DNA of 64,000 bases from Camelus dromedarius. Lineage: Eukaryota. The notes below the pieces were generated by a model. That model saw only the letters and a program-made list of their open reading frames with translations, searched no databases and was not told where the DNA came from. Positions 1-12,435 of this stretch are shown in pieces (positions within the stretch are counted from its first letter, which is position 1; each line of letters opens with the position of its first letter). The DNA lies in the NCBI RefSeq assembly GCF_036321535.1, contig NC_087436.1, forward strand, positions 26,972,001 to 27,036,000. The letters are read 5' to 3'. The translations under genes were made by a program, and so were the position numbers.

Positions 1-2139
1 CCAAAAATTTGCAGAGGAAAGAACACTACAAATTTTTCTATGAGGCCACTATCACCCCGATACCAAAACCAGACAAAGATATCACAAAAAAAGAAAATTA
101 TAGGCTAATACACTTAAGAGTATAGATGCAAAAATCCTCAACAAAATACTAGCAAATAGACTCCAATGATGCATTAAAAAAATCATACACCAGGATCAAG
201 TGAGATTTATCCCAGAGATGCAGGAATTTTTCAATATCTGCAAATCAATCAATGTGATATACCATATTAACAGACTGAAGAATAAAAACTATATGATCAT
301 CTCAATAGACATAGAAAAATCTTTTGATAAAATTCAACATCCATTGGTGATAAAAACTCTCTGGAAAGTGGGCATAGAGGGAACATACTTCAACATAATA
401 AAGGCTATATATGACAAACCCACAGCTAACATTATTCTCAGTGATGAAATGCTTAAAGCATTTCCTCTAGGATCAGGAACAAGACAAGGATGTCAACTCT
501 TGCCACATTTACTCGACATAGTTTTAGAAGTCCAAGCCACAGCAATCACAGAAGAAAAAGAAATAAAAGGAATCCAAACTGGAAAAGAAGAAATACAATT
601 GTCACTCTTTGCAGATGACATGATACTACACATAGAAAATCTTAAAGACACTATCATAAAACTACTAGAGCTCATCAATGAATCTGATACAGTGGCAGGA
701 TACAAAATTAATATATAGAAATCAGTTGCATTTCTATACTCTAACTATAAAATAGCAGGAAAAAATTAAGAAAACAATCCTATTTACCATTGTATCAAAA
801 AGAATAAAATACCTAGGAATAAACCAACCTAAGAAAGCAAAGGACCTGCACTCTGAACACTAAAAGACACTGATGAAAGAAATTGAAGATGACACAAACA
901 GATGGAACAATATCCCATGATCTTGGATTGGAAGAATTAATATTATTAAAATGGCCATACTACCCAAAACTATCTATAGATTTAATGCAATCCCTATCAA
1001 ATTACCCAGAACCTTTTTCACAGAACTAGAACAAATACTCCTAAAAGCTTTTTCACAGCAAAGGAAACCATGAACAAAACAAAAAGACAACCTACAGAAT
1101 GGGAGAAAATAATTGCAAGTGACATGATTGACAAGGGATTAATTTCCAAAATATACAAACAGCTCATACAGCTCCATATCAATAAAACAAACAACCCAAT
1201 CAAAAAATGGGCAGAAGTCCTAAATAGACACTTCTCCAGAGAAGACATCCAGATGGCCAACAGGCACATGAAAAGATGCTCAATATCACTAATTATCAGA
1301 GAAATGTAAATCAAAAGAGAAATGCAAATCAAAACTACAGTGAGGTATCACCTCACACCAGTCAGAATGGCCATCATTAAAAATTCTATAAATAATAAAT
1401 GCTGGAGAGGGTTTGGAGAAAAAGGAACTCTCCTACACTGTTGGTGGGAATGTAAATTGGGGCAAATACTATGGAGGAGAGGATGGAGATTCCTTAAAAT
1501 ACTAAAAATAGACTTACCATACGATTCAGCAATCTCACTACTGAACATATATCTGGAGAAAACTATAATTTGAAAAGACACATGCACCTCACTGTTCATA
1601 GCAGCACTATTTACAATAGCCAAGACATAAAAACAACCTATATGTCCATCAGCAGATGACTGGATAAAGAAGATATAGTGTAATGGAATATAACTCAGCC
1701 ATAAAAAGAATGAAATAATGTCTTTGCAGCAACATAGATGAGCCTAGAAATTATCAAATTGATTAAAGTAAGACAAAGACAAATATATGATATTACTTAT
1801 ATGTGGAATCTTAAAAAAATGATACAACTTCTGTTTTCAAATTGAAAACAGACTCATGAACATAGAAAACAAACTATGGCTACCAAAGGGAAAGGGTGGT
1901 GAGGGATAAATTAGGGGTTGGTGTTTAACAGACATACATTACTATATATAAAATAGATAAACAACAAGGACCTACTGTATAGCACAGGTAACTATATTCA
2001 ATTTTTTGTAATAACACATAATGGAAAAGACTCTGAAAAGAAAAAAATATATATGTATGTATATGTATAACTGAATCATTTTGCTATACACCTGAAACTA
2101 ACTTTGTAAATCAACTACACTTCAATAAAAAATTAAAAA
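1..2139 (+). mobile_element. LINE-1 3' portion (ORF2 RT/C-terminal region + 3' UTR), decayed, internally deleted; runs off the left window edge
   Basis: ORF 200-718 has L1 RT motifs ([31 protein letters not shown]). ORFs 1070-1573 match the ORF2 C-terminus ([26 protein letters not shown]). AATAAA at 2124-2129 followed by an A-rich tail. Multiple stops and frameshifts. Confidence 0.96.
200..718 (+). pseudogene. L1 ORF2p reverse transcriptase fragment (FADD motif)
   Basis: Translated ORF contains the characteristic L1 RT blocks, ends in a premature stop and lies within a disrupted element. Confidence 0.93.
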
Positions 2140-2193
2140 CATAAAGTCCATCCCACCTCTTGTCAGTAGCATAAAAATGACTGCCAAGAACTA

Positions 2194-2726
2194 TGAAGGG
2201 GTCTTAGATTTTACCTTACTTGCAATCTGACAGAATAAGCCTGTTACATTTTTTTTTTTTCTGTCACACTGTCATGGATGCTGAAAAAAGACTCCTTGTA
2301 AGAAACAAAGGACCATTTAATACTCATATCAATCGCAGTGACTCGGGGTATCATCATTTTTTTTTTTTTGCTATTATTTTTAAGCCCTAACTTCTTCAGG
2401 GTGACACGTCTTAGAACAAGATGTCTGCACATGCTGTGGTTTGCATTATTGATCTAGTACCCAAGGCCATGGGCTTAGCACTTTTTGAGCAAGCAGCAAA
2501 CATTCTACAAATAGCGGACAACCCAGCACAGTCCCTTCTCTCCACTCCTGCCTCCAGGAAGTAAGAAGCTACAGGGAAGTCCTGCTGCAGTTGCCTTCAC
2601 TGACATAGTTGCCTATGTACCTACAGAAACTTCTCAGTATAAGGAGCCATATGAGTCATATACTCTGGCACACTCAAAAGGATGTGCAGGGATGCTCAAG
2701 CCCATGGCAGACTGCCTCTCCCAATA
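2194..2726 (-). mobile_element. Old eutherian solo LTR (ERVL-class-like, family uncertain)
   Basis: ~530-nt higher-GC block. Its termini (tgaaggggtcttagattttacc ... gcagactgcctctcccaata) resemble ERVL-type LTR consensus ends from recall. Confidence 0.6.
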
Positions 2727-3860
2727 CGGCTACATCTGTTAACTTAGTATTTGCTGGTTTATAGATATGTTTCTGAGATTCATCCTTCAAAGAGGTTTTG
2801 AATTTGCTTAAAATCCAAAAAGGCTTTGCTTCAACATGGTTTTGCATTTTAATTTGCTAAATTAAACTATCAGCTTGAAGTTTGTCAGACTACCTTAATT
2901 TTGTGATTTCAGTATATTTGTTGTCCCCAAATCTCAGCAAAATACCATATTCACCACTCAGCACCTAAGTTTATACTAATTAATTTTTCTTGCCATCCTT
3001 TTAGGCAGAGGGCAATTCTGTTTTGTCATACATTGACAAAAAGGTTGTTTGGAATCACAGATTACTGAAGGTAGTTCTCCTGTTAGATTTTCCACTTAGG
3101 CCCAGAGTTCTTTCTCCTTTTCTTCGTATCTTTTGAGACTTAAACACCAAATTTCAATTTCACTAATTTTGCAAGTGCCTTCAAAGCCAAGTCAGCTGCT
3201 TATCTGTCTTAGTTCTTGACTTCACTGTTTTGCTTATTTTATTTATTTTGTCTGAAAATTACTTAATATTTTGCTAGCTTATCATTTAAAAATACATTTC
3301 ATTTAAAGCTTTTAATTAACAAAGGATGGGTCATTCCAAGTCTCCCAATTCATAATACTGGAAACAGAAGACTCTCCCTTTCTTATTTTTATTAGATATT
3401 ACAACATAGACAGCCTGAAGAATTTCTGATGACACAATGTGAGATTTAAGACCACAGATTTCACGGTTTATTCACTTTCCCTGTTATAACTTATATAAGT
3501 GATCCCATGAGAATGGAACAATGTTAGCTTTATTTTATCCTCTTCTGTTACTGACAGTTTAGCAAGGCCATACATTAATAGATTAAGGAAGCATGTAACA
3601 TGGCATGTGGCCAAAAGTCTTCCTGGACTTCTTTCACAAGATTGTCCAAAGTTCCTTAGCATAATTGCACATGAATTGTCTGATCACTTTTCTCTTATAG
3701 TACAGGCTGTTTAGCAGATAGAAATGTATGCCTAAGTATTTGCAGGAAAAAAAGAAAGTAGGATAATGGGAAAGTTAGACAATTTATTTTAATAATGAGA
3801 TAAATTCAGTAAAATTTTCTGAGAAGTCTTTTATCTATTACAGCTATTTTAAGGGTTAAA

Positions 3861-3890
3861 GAGAGAGAGAGACAAACAGAGAGACAGAGA
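3861..3890. repeat. (GA)n / (GACA)n imperfect microsatellite
   Basis: gagagagagagacaaacagagagacagaga. Confidence 0.75.
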
Positions 3891-5209
3891 AAGACCTTAA
3901 AAAAATTAGTCTTTAAGCTCCTTGGTATTGAACATGTAGATTTAGAGTTGGAATAACTGGAGCCTGAGAACTCAGAATTGATGGCTTACTTAGGCTATCC
4001 AAATATGGAATGATTTACTAACTCTTCCCTTTGGAAAGCCTCACAACATGTCCCGTATCAAGCACCTCAAAGCTAATAATGCTTGACAACAAGTTAAGAA
4101 ATATCTCAAAAGACCACACAGTGTACCCTTCTCAACTAAATACTTTGCCCACACATGTGGAAGATAAGAGCATTAGCTCACCTCCTTTCAAGCACAGGGA
4201 TTTAGGAAAAGACTGGATTTCCTTGCCAACTGCATTATTATGGTGAAAAGCAACTTATTCTGTAACCACAGTCATAACTACAGAATGGGAGAGGATAATC
4301 TCTATTAGCTACAAAAAACAAGGAATTACCATCAGTGCACCTAAAACTTCAGAGAAGCATGTGTAAGAAGAGATTCCCTATCCTAAATCCTCTGGAGAAA
4401 CACATGCAAGAGGTTATTTTTCCTAAATCCAGGGATGATAGATAAGTTACCTAAAATCTATTCTGCTAAAAACACGGAAAAGTTAGTGAAATGTAATTTT
4501 GAAAATATTTTAAATGAAAATAAGAGATTGTGAGGAAGCAAGAAACTATTTCAAATGTCTTAAGTAAATAAGAGAACGCAAAGGCAGCGGGGTAAAGGTT
4601 AGAGCTAGCGAACATATTATTTAACAATCCCAGAAGACTAGAGGTTAATTGAAACAATATCTTATTCTTCCATAAAATAAGACAATGACTGAAGTGACAG
4701 ACCTTCTCTGTCTTCTTTCTTCCTTCCTAAGATTTCTTTTGTGGGAACAAAATACCCTTTGCTTCAACAGAACTTGCCTATAAGACTTAAAGCTTCATAG
4801 GCACAGTTAAGTGTTGTTAGTTTGATTTTAAATGGGAATTATTGCTTTTTTAATATATTATTTTATCTTATATTTGTGACAAAATATTTATATTCAAAGA
4901 TGGGTTTTGGATTCAAAATATGTCTTGGAACATTGGTGATTTGTTTTAGTAACTGTGGAAATAAACTGGAAGAGATGAATCAAAGGTAATTTTCTCATAT
5001 TTAAATAATATTCATATGTTGACTTTTATTATTTTATTATCTAGTTTTGGTTTGTGGCAATATATAAGGATTGGTTGTTTTTATTTTTCTATTAAATTAT
5101 ACTTAATCACCATTTGTGGAGCCAAGAATATTAGCTCTAATTCTGTAACTATCAAGCTGCTCTCTTTCGAACAAGATAATTAACCCAAATTTCTTCAAAG
5201 GCACATGAT

Positions 5210-5435
5210 GTTTAAGGTAGGGTGTTTTGGATCCAAACAGAAAGGGCTTAAAATCTTTGATTCATGCCTGACGAGCTGAATTAGCTTCAACAAATAACAC
5301 AAATGCTCTGATTCATGGTTTTCTTACCTTTAAAAATGTGAGTAATAATACATAAATAGTTTTGTTCTAAGGACTTATAGTACACATAAATACTTTGTAA
5401 AGTCAAACACAGTAAGAACTCAGTAAACAGTAGCT
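5210..5435 (+). mobile_element. MIR SINE remnant
   Basis: Degenerate MIR core (ttttcttacctttaaaaatgtgagtaataatac) and 3' end (acacagtaagaactcagtaaacagtagct). Confidence 0.55.
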
Positions 5436-5719
5436 GAGATATATTATTTTAATATTACAAACATTATTAATACCTATCTTACAGGGCTTTTGAAAAGGTG
5501 ACTGCAAAATATTATTTAAAGTATATCTCATATTTTCTAAAAGAAAGATTAATTTTCTTTCCTTTTATTATCCCCAATCTATCTACATTAATCAATAAGA
5601 ATATATTATCCTCTATAATTAGCAAAAAACTAGGGAAAAAATATCACTGAAGTAAAACGTACTTGATTTGTTTTTAACTGAATCTTAAATTGTTGAATGC
5701 ATTGGGATCAATTTTATTG

Positions 5720-5850
5720 GTCTATTTTATCAAGGCACAGAAAACTTAGGTAACTTTTACATATGTACACAATTAATATGTGAAAGATGTGGGGTATAAA
5801 CCTGGAAAGATGGCTTACAGAGCTTGCACTATTAAACCAAAGTGTTATGT
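5720..5850 (-). mobile_element. MIR SINE remnant
   Basis: aaggcacagaaaacttaggtaactt...acacaattaatatgtg...aaacctgg resembles the antisense MIR core. Confidence 0.45.
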
Positions 5851-7434
5851 CTCTCTTTGCTTGCAAGCATCCAAATTGGGGATGTGAATTATAATGAAAT
5901 CTCTAGTAGTCAGAACATAGTCATTAGCATGTTCATGTCAATCTGGCTTAAAAAGTTTTTGTTAATTCATTTGCATGTTCTTGCTTTCTCTAGAATTTTG
6001 TCAGTTACTTTCATTATTCTTGGACAAATTCCTGATGGCTAAAAATAACTTTTAAATTGTTTTAATAGTACATTTGAAGTTATATATATATTTCCCAGTT
6101 CCACAAGATAAAATGTATAGCTATTATTGCAAGATAATATTTCCAGGTGAGATATTTAAAGTTATATCATTAATTGTTCTCTAGATCAGTAACAGAAAAA
6201 TAATCCAGGTGCTATTCAATGATTAAGTTGTTTTTGGTGTAAAAGACCCCAAGTAAAACTGTCTTTTTGTGAATACTATTTTCTAGAGTCCCTATTTAAT
6301 AAAATTAGTGAGCACTGCATATATAATACATGTATATTAAGCATATGCTTCATTCACTAAGTAATACTGATATGCTCAAGGTTTAGAGATAATCTGTTTA
6401 ACAGAAAATGATGGAACCAAGTTCCTAGGTTATTTGGTTATTAACTTCTTTAGTATAATCATAATTTTACTCTGGTTGTTATTGTTGAATTCTTCAAAAA
6501 ATTAAAACAGGTATTATTTCCAGGATTTTAGAAGCACTTTGGTAAACCATGGTAGAATAAGGGCAGCATACTGGCCATAAAAAAATGGCAATAGTTATTA
6601 CATGGAACATAGTATTCTCCTCTTATTTCCATAAAACATTTAATGAGCCCATATATTGACACTGATTAATTGAGGATCCAAGAATGATAAGGCAAAATGT
6701 AAGTTTTTAGAAAGATACAGGAGATTGTGAAAAAAATATATATATATAAACTTGTTTGTTTTAAACTTTTTTATTCCAAGTATCTCAATATTTAATTTGA
6801 TAGTGATATGAAATATCTTGTGATCTTTACTTTTAAAGATAATAGCTAACTACTTACATCATTCTAGGACAGTCCTGACTAGCTTGCTTCATTAGAGCAT
6901 GAAGTGTCTCTAATATTTTTACATCAAAATTGTAGAAATTCAATGTACACTCCAAAAACAAGCAGAATGTTTGGAATGCTGGAATGTTACTCACTGGTGT
7001 TCTGTTGTAGTTTTTAAAAATGTTTCTGACTGAGGTATTAGTATACTTGTTCTCATTTATGCTCAAAATTTCTTTTTTTTTTTTTTTGGTGTAAACACTG
7101 AGATATCCCTTTCAAAGTTAGAAATATGGTTTCTCAGTTAGTTAAGCTTGCATTTGTTTTAAACCAGGAAACTTGCCTCTTAACTTACTCAAAAGAGGTA
7201 ATAAACAAAGATTTCCACAGGGTGAGCCATCTTAAGAAACTTTACGAAAGTCTGGGGGGAAGTATCTGTTTACTGACTACATACATAGGAGTGATTATGG
7301 TGCTGGTTTTTTTGTTTCTTTTTTTGAGGAAGCAGTATTTTTTTAATGTAAGTTTTATCCCCAATTTTTAAGCTGGGGATAGAACGTTACTCTAAATTTA
7401 AAAAAATCTTAAAATATAAAATTTTGAAGAATTA

Positions 7435-7525
7435 TTTGATTTTTAAATAAATGGTAATTATTTTAAAATAAATATTTAATTATTTAATTAATATTTTAAT
7501 TATTTAATTTAATTATTTTAGATAA
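7435..7525. repeat. AT-only low-complexity tract (TATTTAAT units)
   Basis: Nearly pure A/T with repeated tatttaat units. Confidence 0.8.
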
Positions 7526-7600
7526 ATGGTTATTAACATGTTTGATGTTATGCTATTTAACCTAAACAGTATAATCATTATCAACAGAAAGTAAACAAAT

Positions 7601-8148
7601 TTTATCCAGTCATCGGTCAATGGACATTTAGGTTGTTTCTAATCTTGGCTATTTTATACAATGGGACACTACTCAGCCATTAAAAAAAATAATGAGATAA
7701 TGCTATTTGCAGCAACATGGATAGGACTGGAGATTTGTCATTCTAAGTGAAGTGAGCCAGAAAGAGAAATAAAAATACCACATGATATCACTTATATGTG
7801 GAATCTACAAAAAAAAAGGCAAATGAACTTATTTACAAAACAGAAACAGACTCAGAGACATACAAAACAAACTTATGGTTACCAGTGGGGGAAAGATGTG
7901 GGAAGGGATAAACTGGGAGTTCAAGATTTGCAGATACTAACTAATTTATATAAAATGATAAACAAGTTTATACTGTATAGTACAGGAGACTATATTCAAT
8001 ATCTTGTAGTAACTTATGGTGAAAAAGAATATGAAAATGAATATATGTACATTCATGTATGACTGAAGCATTATGCTGTACACCAGAAGTTGACACAACA
8101 TTGTAAACTGACAATATTTCAATAAAAAATATATACACAAAATTTTTA
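7601..8148 (+). mobile_element. Young short L1 insertion (3' UTR) with 5' inversion
   Basis: 7654-8126 is sense L1 3' UTR ending in AATAAA (8121-8126). 7601-7653 is antisense L1 sequence matching 55015-55068 of the minus-strand L1. Candidate TSD aaagtaaaca (7588-7597) / aaagtaagca (8149-8158). Confidence 0.9.
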
Positions 8149-8890
8149 AAAGTAAGCATGTTTTATACTTACGCATTATGTTCAAGTAACAAAATTACTG
8201 AGTTCATTGTATAGGTACAAAGTACACAGAAGTTATTCTGGGATTAACTTTCTTGGGTGAAAAAAATATAGCAGTGAAGCCATAAAGGATACTTTAATGA
8301 CTACACACAGATCATTTGGTTGAAGATACAAGTGAGTTAACTGCCAAGTTCTCTTTCCCTTCTTCAGTTTCTGGGTATCTGTCACAGGCTCAGTAAATTC
8401 CCAACTCTGAGCAAGTATACACTACTGATATATGCACACTCATGAGATAGGAAGAATCACAGATAAGAAAATTGAGACATTACAGATTTCAATAGGCTTT
8501 CCTTGAGTCTAAGTACTAGTAAGCTACAAAGTATCTGATATTATACATAAAAATAGTTTTTGATAACTGATTTTTAAGGAATTTGAGAAGTTGCTTCATT
8601 CTCACTTTTAATTTAATAAAGCAATTTGATAAATGTATTCTTAATAATATTTTAATGTAAAAAACTTTTTAGAAGTTTTGAAGCTAAGATCAGAACATCC
8701 TACCATCAGAACATCATGAGGTAATGTAATTTCCTTTTTACATCTAATTTTAATGAAATGCTATTTGAAAATTTTTAAATTCATATTGAATTTAATGAAT
8801 GTCCATCCCGTGTATCAGGGAATCTAGAATAGTATAAGTAGGATTTTTGTCTTCCAGAAGCTTAAAATTTAGGTGGAGAAACAATATAAA

Positions 8891-9355
8891 TGTTAACCAA
8901 AATTTTAGAAAGGGAGACCTGATTGAAATAACAGGTGTTTATTTGGAGTTTGTTAGAACTGCAGCCCGGGAGACACAAATTCAAGAAGCACTTGAATTAT
9001 GTTCTGTTGGACTACAAAATTGGGGAGGCTTCTAAAGGCAAAAATCACAAGATACCAGTTAGTTACATGAGCTATCAGAATTATAATTGGAGCTGGCAAG
9101 AAGTAAGGGTGCTTGTTAAGAAAGGATTGGTTGGGGTCTTAAATGGTTGCATAGTTAGAAAAAGGAGAACTTGAGACCAAAAGGCTGCAGCTGGCAGGTG
9201 TTCTGAATACAGCTGATGATAACCTACAGTTGAAAAACAGCTTAAGTTCTCAGTGAGGCAGAGACGCATCTGAGACCAGATCCTTAATTCCTGCCCAACT
9301 TCTTTTTTGTATGCCTGAACTATGAATACTCCATTATAATTTTAACTTGTCATCA
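8891..9355 (-). mobile_element. ERV1-class solo LTR
   Basis: TG...CA termini, 4-bp TSD taaa (8887-8890 / 9356-9359), minus-strand AATAAA (forward tttatt 8938-8943) about 50 nt from the end; length 465 nt. Confidence 0.78.
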
Positions 9356-10093
9356 TAAATATACATAGAAAAGAAAAACAAGAACTAAAGTATGTGTTAC
9401 TGTCCAAATGTATTGTGAATTAATAAGGAGAGATATTAAACTTTGCAGGCTTACTTTTAGAACACAGTTTTGATATCAAAATTCTGCTGGAAATAACAAT
9501 CCTAATTATTTTGAAGAAAAGAATTAGAGACGATATCCAGACAACAAACACTAAAGCTTCATTATGATTTGTTTGAATTTTATCAATGGGAAAAAATATT
9601 ACCTTTGGACTACATTTAACATGACTCAATCTGGAAGCCATTGCATCCACACAAGAAAGGCTCAAGTTCTCTAATAAAGTGCCTCTAAACAATCGTGTTG
9701 CTTGGGGTAAAAAAATAATTTAATGGAAGGAAGAAAGGAAATGAATGTTAACATTGGCTTTAAGTATTTCAAACATTCGATATGTCATTGTGTCTGTGTG
9801 ACAACCAATTCTATTCAGAGGCTCTTGCAAATGTGAACTCTATTTAAATAAATCATGATAGTGCAATCTTGAGTACATTTCAAAAAAAGAAAGCAAAGTA
9901 TTATTCAAATTAATTGTATATCTTTCCCCAAAATAGAGAAATATGTATGGGAGATCAACAGATATTTTGCATTAAACAATAAATATTTCTGTAATAATTA
10001 ATTAATTAATTATATTAAAATGTGCTTCTGCTATTTACATGGTAGTTTGACATAAACTCTTATTCTGCCAGCCTTAGATTTTTATTTAGCAAG

Positions 10094-10433
10094 TTCTATG
10101 GTCTAAATGTTTGTGTCCCCTGAAAACTCCTATTTTGGAACCTAACCATCAAAGTGGTGGTATGGGGACTTTGGGAGGTGATTCAGTCATGAGAGTGGAT
10201 CTCTTATAAATGGAATCAATGCCCTTATAAAAGTGGCACAAGAAAGCTCCTTTACCCCCATATGAGAGAATACAAGAACTCAGCAGCCTGATGAGGATCC
10301 TAAAAAAAATTGGACCATATGGCAGGCTGATATTGAACTTCTAGCCTCCTGAACTGTGAGAAATAAATTTTTGTTGTTTATCAGCCACCCAATCTATGGT
10401 ATTTTGTTATATCAGTCCAAACATGCTAAGACA
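10094..10433 (+). mobile_element. MaLR solo LTR (MLT1A-like)
   Basis: 5' ctatggtctaaatgtttgtgtcccc, internal gcccttataaaag, 3' cctcctgaactgtgagaaataaatt...tatggtattttgttat...ctaagaca. Confidence 0.88.
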
Positions 10434-10880
10434 CAAGGTGATCTACAGATTCAATGCTAACTCCATCAAAACCCCAGTAGCCTTTTTATAGATACTGTAA
10501 AAAAAATCCTAAAATTCATGTGGAACCACAAAAGACTCAGAATAGCCAAAGCAATTTTGAAAAAGAAGAACAAAGCTGGAGACATCACATTCCCGAATTT
10601 AAAAATATTACAAAACTACCACAATTAAAACAGTATGGTACTGGTATAAAGACAGATGTACAGACCAATGGAACAGAATAGAGACCACAGGAATAAACCC
10701 ACACGTATATAGTCAAATGATCTTCCACATAGGTGCCAAGAATACACAACAGGGAAAGGAGAGTCTCTTCAATAAATGGTGCTGGGAAAACTGGATATCC
10801 ACAAGCCAAAGTGTGAATTTGGATTCTATCTTATATCATATTAAAAAATCAACTGAAAATGGATTAAAGACCTAATTTTA
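10434..10880 (+). mobile_element. L1 ORF2 fragment (older L1MA/L1MB-type)
   Basis: gatctacagattcaatgc, aagaacaaagctggag, aaacagtatggtactgg and ttcaataaatggtgctgggaaaactggata are ORF2 hallmarks. Confidence 0.88.
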
Positions 10881-11029
10881 AACAGAGAAAAATATATTGC
10901 TCTAGTTGCAGTGACTCATGAAATGGCAATGCCAGGTAAGACTTCCAAAAAATGAAAAATATGGTAATAGGTGGGGGAGAAAACTATACCCTCAAAATTG
11001 GAATTTATGACAGGGATTTAAATTTTGTT

Positions 11030-12060
11030 GAATGACATTTCAGCATATACGTATAAAACTACAGGATTTTTTTCCTAGATGTATAAATGTGGTAAATTAT
11101 TTGAGTATGTTCTAGTACTTAATTATGGTTAACTTTTCAAGAATGAACTACTGTAAATGATGTGTTATTCTTCTTAATCATTTTTGGATTTTCTATTTGT
11201 TAACATTTTATTTTAATTTTTTTGCTTATTCATAATTCAGATTGGTGTGTAGATTTTATTTATGCAATATTTGTCACAAAAAATAATATTTTAAAAATTA
11301 ATCTTTTTGTTCTATGCTCTAGAATAGCTTAGTGTTGGAATTATCTGTTCTTTATAATTTGTTGGTATAGCTATGAAAGTGTCTGAGCTTGCCTAGTATT
11401 TTCTTAGGGGATAACTCAATGACAGAGTTCTCTGATTATTTTGAAAAAATCAACATGTATATTATTATTTCCTTTTCAATATGTATTGTGGCAGTTACAT
11501 TTTCATAGAAAATTATCAGTTTCATTGCAGTTTTCAATTATATTTATACACAATTAGCAACTCAATTTACTATGAATCTTTCTGTGGAATCATTCTGCAT
11601 TTTATTTTCTGATTTTATCAATTATTCTTTCTTGCATCATTATTACAGAATAGTACTTGTTTAATTTCTACTCTTTTCATGGTGTGTTTTTAATTTCTTT
11701 TTGATCCAATTTTAGTTAATGTTTCATGGACACTCAACAGAATGTGATCCTTTAATTTGGGGATTCAGAATTCATGCGTAAGCAATCACTTCTAATTCAC
11801 AAATTCTTATTTTAGGCCTTCTATAGTTTCTGTTTTTGATGTTGTTTTTCTTTTGACCTTGTCATTATCTGAGAGGAGTAAATTAAAATATTCTACCATT
11901 ATTATGCTTTTGTTTAGCTTTTTATTTTTAAGGCTTTATGATTATAAGTATTAGCTTGATTATAATTATTAGCTTTTTTAATTTGTAGATATTCATAATC
12001 TAAAGTCTCCTTACAAATTGTTAACTTTGTTGCTTTCTTTAAACTTGAATTTCACCTAAT
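11030..12060 (-). mobile_element. Highly decayed ancient L1 ORF2 region
   Basis: T-rich, with degenerate antisense ORF2 phrases (ttttgttgaatgacatttcagcat, aaaatattctaccattatt). Confidence 0.5.
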
Positions 12061-12064
12061 TTGA

Positions 12065-12435
12065 TGGACTATAGATTAGTGTCAATGGTCAACAGTGTGT
12101 CAATATTAATTTCTTGATTTTAATTGTTTTATGATTATTTACAAAAATGTCCTCTTAGAATATACACTTTGAGGTATTTAGGGATAAAGTCACATTAAAG
12201 AGTCACATTTCCTACAATTTACCCTCAATTTTTAGAAATAATCTTTACATATATATTATTAATGATTGTTATATAGACAATAGATACATAGATAAAAGAT
12301 AGTAAAAGCAAATAAACTAAAATGTAAACAATTTGTGAATCTGGGTAAACGACATTAGATACTTTGTGTATTACATTCACAACTTTTCTGTAACTTTGAT
12401 ATTATGTTTAAATAATAAGTAAGTTATTAAAAAAT
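12065..12435 (+). mobile_element. Ancient L1 3' end (L1MC/L1ME-like)
   Basis: caatattaatttcttgattttaattg...gaggtatttagggataaag...gtgaatctgggtaaa...caacttttctgtaactttgatatt. Confidence 0.65.

Noticed and set aside
1018..1623. Antisense ORFs (MICISLL..., [10 protein letters not shown]...), and similar ones at 55351-55929 and 57843-59460
   Set aside because: These are shadows on the strand opposite L1 ORF1/ORF2, not host genes.
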